Source: an uncultured Bacteroidales bacterium
GTDB lineage: Bacteria > Bacteroidota > Bacteroidia > Bacteroidales > JAIORY01
Assembly: GCA_964404485.1 (NCBI GenBank)
Contig: CAYOKJ010000001.1
Location: forward strand, 10,064-74,063
Direction of reading: 5' to 3'
DNA length: 64,000 nt
A program made the position numbers and the translations under genes. Below, one piece after another: positions 62,197-64,000 of the stretch. The notes beneath the pieces were generated by a model. The model had not been told where the DNA came from, did no database searches, and saw nothing but the letters and a program-made list of their open reading frames with translations. How positions within the stretch are numbered: position 1 is the stretch's first letter; every line of letters starts with the position of its first letter.

Positions 62197-63315
62197 ATGC
62201 GGACGATTTTATACATATTACAAAAAGAATTTATCCAGATTTTTAGGAACAAAACAATGTTACCAATAATTTTTATTGTTCCTATTATTCAGTTGATAGT
62301 GCTTGTTTATGCTGCTACTCTTGAAATGCAGGATATTGATACTTATATTGTTGATAAGGATCAAACAATTACTTCAAGGGAATTAATAAATAAATTCAGA
62401 GGTTCACCTTTTTTTAAAATTCAGGAAAGTTCTTTTTCGATGAAAGATGCCAACGATGCTTTAGAAGAAAATCGTGCAGATATAATAATTAATATTCCTT
62501 CGGGTTTCGAGCGAAAACTTTTTAAAGAAAATCAATCGGAACTGCAACTTCTTATAAATGCTATTAACGGAACTGCTGCAGGACTTACAAATGTTTATGC
62601 AACTTTTGTAATCTTAGATTTTAATAAAAATATTATTGCTGAGAATATTAATATTATTCCTCTCGTACAAACAAAACAAATAAATGTTTCATCATCATTT
62701 TGGTATAATCCCGAGTTGAATTATAAAATATATATGCTTCCGGGAATTCTCGTAATCCTGGTAACCATTATCGCGATGTTTCTAACAGCACTTAATCTTG
62801 TAAGAGAAAAAGAACTGGAAACCATTGAGCAGATAAATGTTACGCCAATACAAAAATATCAGTTTATTATCGGTAAGCTTTTACCATTTTTAATAATAGC
62901 GCTTTTTGAACTTGCATTTGGTCTTATCATTGGAAAAATATTGTTTGATATACCCATGGTTGGAAATATGTTTCTTTTATTTGGTTTTGCCACTATTTAT
63001 TTGTTTGCGGTTCTGGGTTTAGGATTATTTATTTCAACAGCATCAAGTAGTCAGCAACAAGTTATGTTTATTGCATTCTTTTTTATGATTACATTTATTA
63101 TGATGAGTGGAATTTTTACCCCTATAGAAAGCATGCCCGAATGGGCACAAACTGTAAATATTATTAATCCTTTTGCTTATTTTATGAAGGTGAACAGGAT
63201 GATTTTGTTAAAAGGTTCTGATTTTTTTGATTTGAAAACCGAATTTATTTCTATGACTGTTTATGCTATAGCTGCTTTGAGTCTTGCTGTTTGGAAATAT
63301 AGAAAAGTTGCATAA
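62197..63315 (+). CDS. ABC-2 type transporter permease (YbhS/YbhR-like)
   Basis: 372 aa. Paralogue of the preceding gene. Confidence 0.85.
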   Translation: MRTILYILQKEFIQIFRNKTMLPIIFIVPIIQLIVLVYAATLEMQDIDTYIVDKDQTITSRELINKFRGSPFFKIQESSFSMKDANDALEENRADIIINIPSGFERKLFKENQSELQLLINAINGTAAGLTNVYATFVILDFNKNIIAENINIIPLVQTKQINVSSSFWYNPELNYKIYMLPGILVILVTIIAMFLTALNLVREKELETIEQINVTPIQKYQFIIGKLLPFLIIALFELAFGLIIGKILFDIPMVGNMFLLFGFATIYLFAVLGLGLFISTASSSQQQVMFIAFFFMITFIMMSGIFTPIESMPEWAQTVNIINPFAYFMKVNRMILLKGSDFFDLKTEFISMTVYAIAALSLAVWKYRKVA

Positions 63316-63460
63316 AAAACAATTAGCCCTTAAAATCCTTAATGTATTATTGGTGAAGTCTTAAAATTAGTGTTCAGACACTAAAGCACGGTTTTTATAT
63401 TTCTATGTTTAGAGTCAATGGGCTGAATAAATCAGGTGAAACAATTATAAGATGTTCGTT

Positions 63461-63500
63461 AAGGCAGATGCTTTACAAAGTTAAAGGCACATGCTTTACA
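63461..63500. repeat. 23-bp-period direct repeat AAGGCA(G/C)ATGCTTTACA x2
   Basis: 63461-63477 and 63484-63500 match at 16 of 17 positions. Located in a noncoding stretch that looks more GC-rich than the window average. Confidence 0.8.
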
Positions 63501-63593
63501 CTAAATTAATGCTTAGCCTAGTTGATTTTTCGAGTCGGCAAAAAAGCGGTGGCAGGTGTGAATCGCAAATGTGTTTGGCTGTTAGGGCTAGCA

Positions 63594-64000
63594 TCATTCT
63601 TTAAAACCTGCAACTTTCAATTTCTCTAAGTAAATTCTAATGTTTTTCTCATGAAAGTCATTTATTTTTTTTAAACCATAGGCAAAATCTGACAAGTAAC
63701 TTCTTTGTTTTAATGAAAATATTTTAACTCTTGATTCCCAATCAACCATTTTCAAAATTAGTTGCTCATTAATCTTTATGTCTGATTTTGAATTAGACTC
63801 CCAATTACTTTCTATTTCTGATTGATTCGGTTCTAATAATTCAGATGCTTCATGAACTACTATTTCCAATATTGTAATCCCTTTCGCTCTTAAGTGCTCA
63901 CTTATACTTATATTTTTCTTTATTGAGACTGATAAATTAAGAGCAATATCTTGAAGATATTGACTTAATAGACCAGTCTTTGCCCCCCAACGTTCAATTA
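63594..64000 (-). CDS. hypothetical protein, C-terminal part only (gene runs off the right edge)
   Basis: The frame of the 63594..63869 ORF stays open to 64000: ...IERWGAKTGLLSQYLQDIALNLSVSIKKNISISEHLRAKGITILEIVVHEAS... The listed TTG start is therefore internal. No family recognised. Confidence 0.5.
   Translation of the reverse strand, partial: IERWGAKTGLLSQYLQDIALNLSVSIKKNISISEHLRAKGITILEIVVHEASELLEPNQSEIESNWESNSKSDIKINEQLILKMVDWESRVKIFSLKQRSYLSDFAYGLKKINDFHEKNIRIYLEKLKVAGFKE

Overview
AT-rich (about 30% GC by eye) chromosomal segment from a Bacteroidota bacterium. Lineage evidence: T9SS type A and type B C-terminal sorting domains, two S46 (DPP7-type) peptidases, many lipobox proteins, and TAnnTTTG-type -7 promoter boxes. 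I call about 50 protein genes. I found no rRNA, tRNA, CRISPR array, transposase or integrase. Most of the window is ordinary envelope, proteolysis and efflux content: a MacAB-like ABC efflux operon, a TetR-TolC-HlyD-ABC2 operon, S9 and S46 peptidases, four T9SS cargo proteins, pgk, hemW, an MlaEF-like pair, an ECF sigma factor, and one aldehyde dehydrogenase broken by a homopolymer frameshift. The stand-out locus is 22.7-35.4 kb. A stand-alone LytTR DNA-binding protein is followed by two tandem copies of one 3-gene cassette: a small Sec-signal Cys-rich peptide, a BF3164-like 6-bladed beta-propeller lipoprotein, and a membrane-anchored CxxC thioredoxin-fold protein. Each cassette sits behind a ~210-bp regulatory block that is ~95% identical between copies. 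The block carries 21-bp-phased direct repeats (the LytTR-operator geometry) and a Bacteroidetes-type promoter. The coding regions themselves have diverged to roughly 25-30% aa identity. RND efflux genes bracket the locus. I read it as an uncharacterised system for producing disulfide-rich peptides (toxin or signal); the function is inference only. Secondary observations: a Tat-signal DUF362 plus NapH-like polyferredoxin pair, homologous upstream blocks with a -24-like TGGCAT element in front of two operons, several families of short intergenic repeats (octamer arrays, GC-rich palindromic elements), candidate TetR operators, and a possible island boundary at the right edge.
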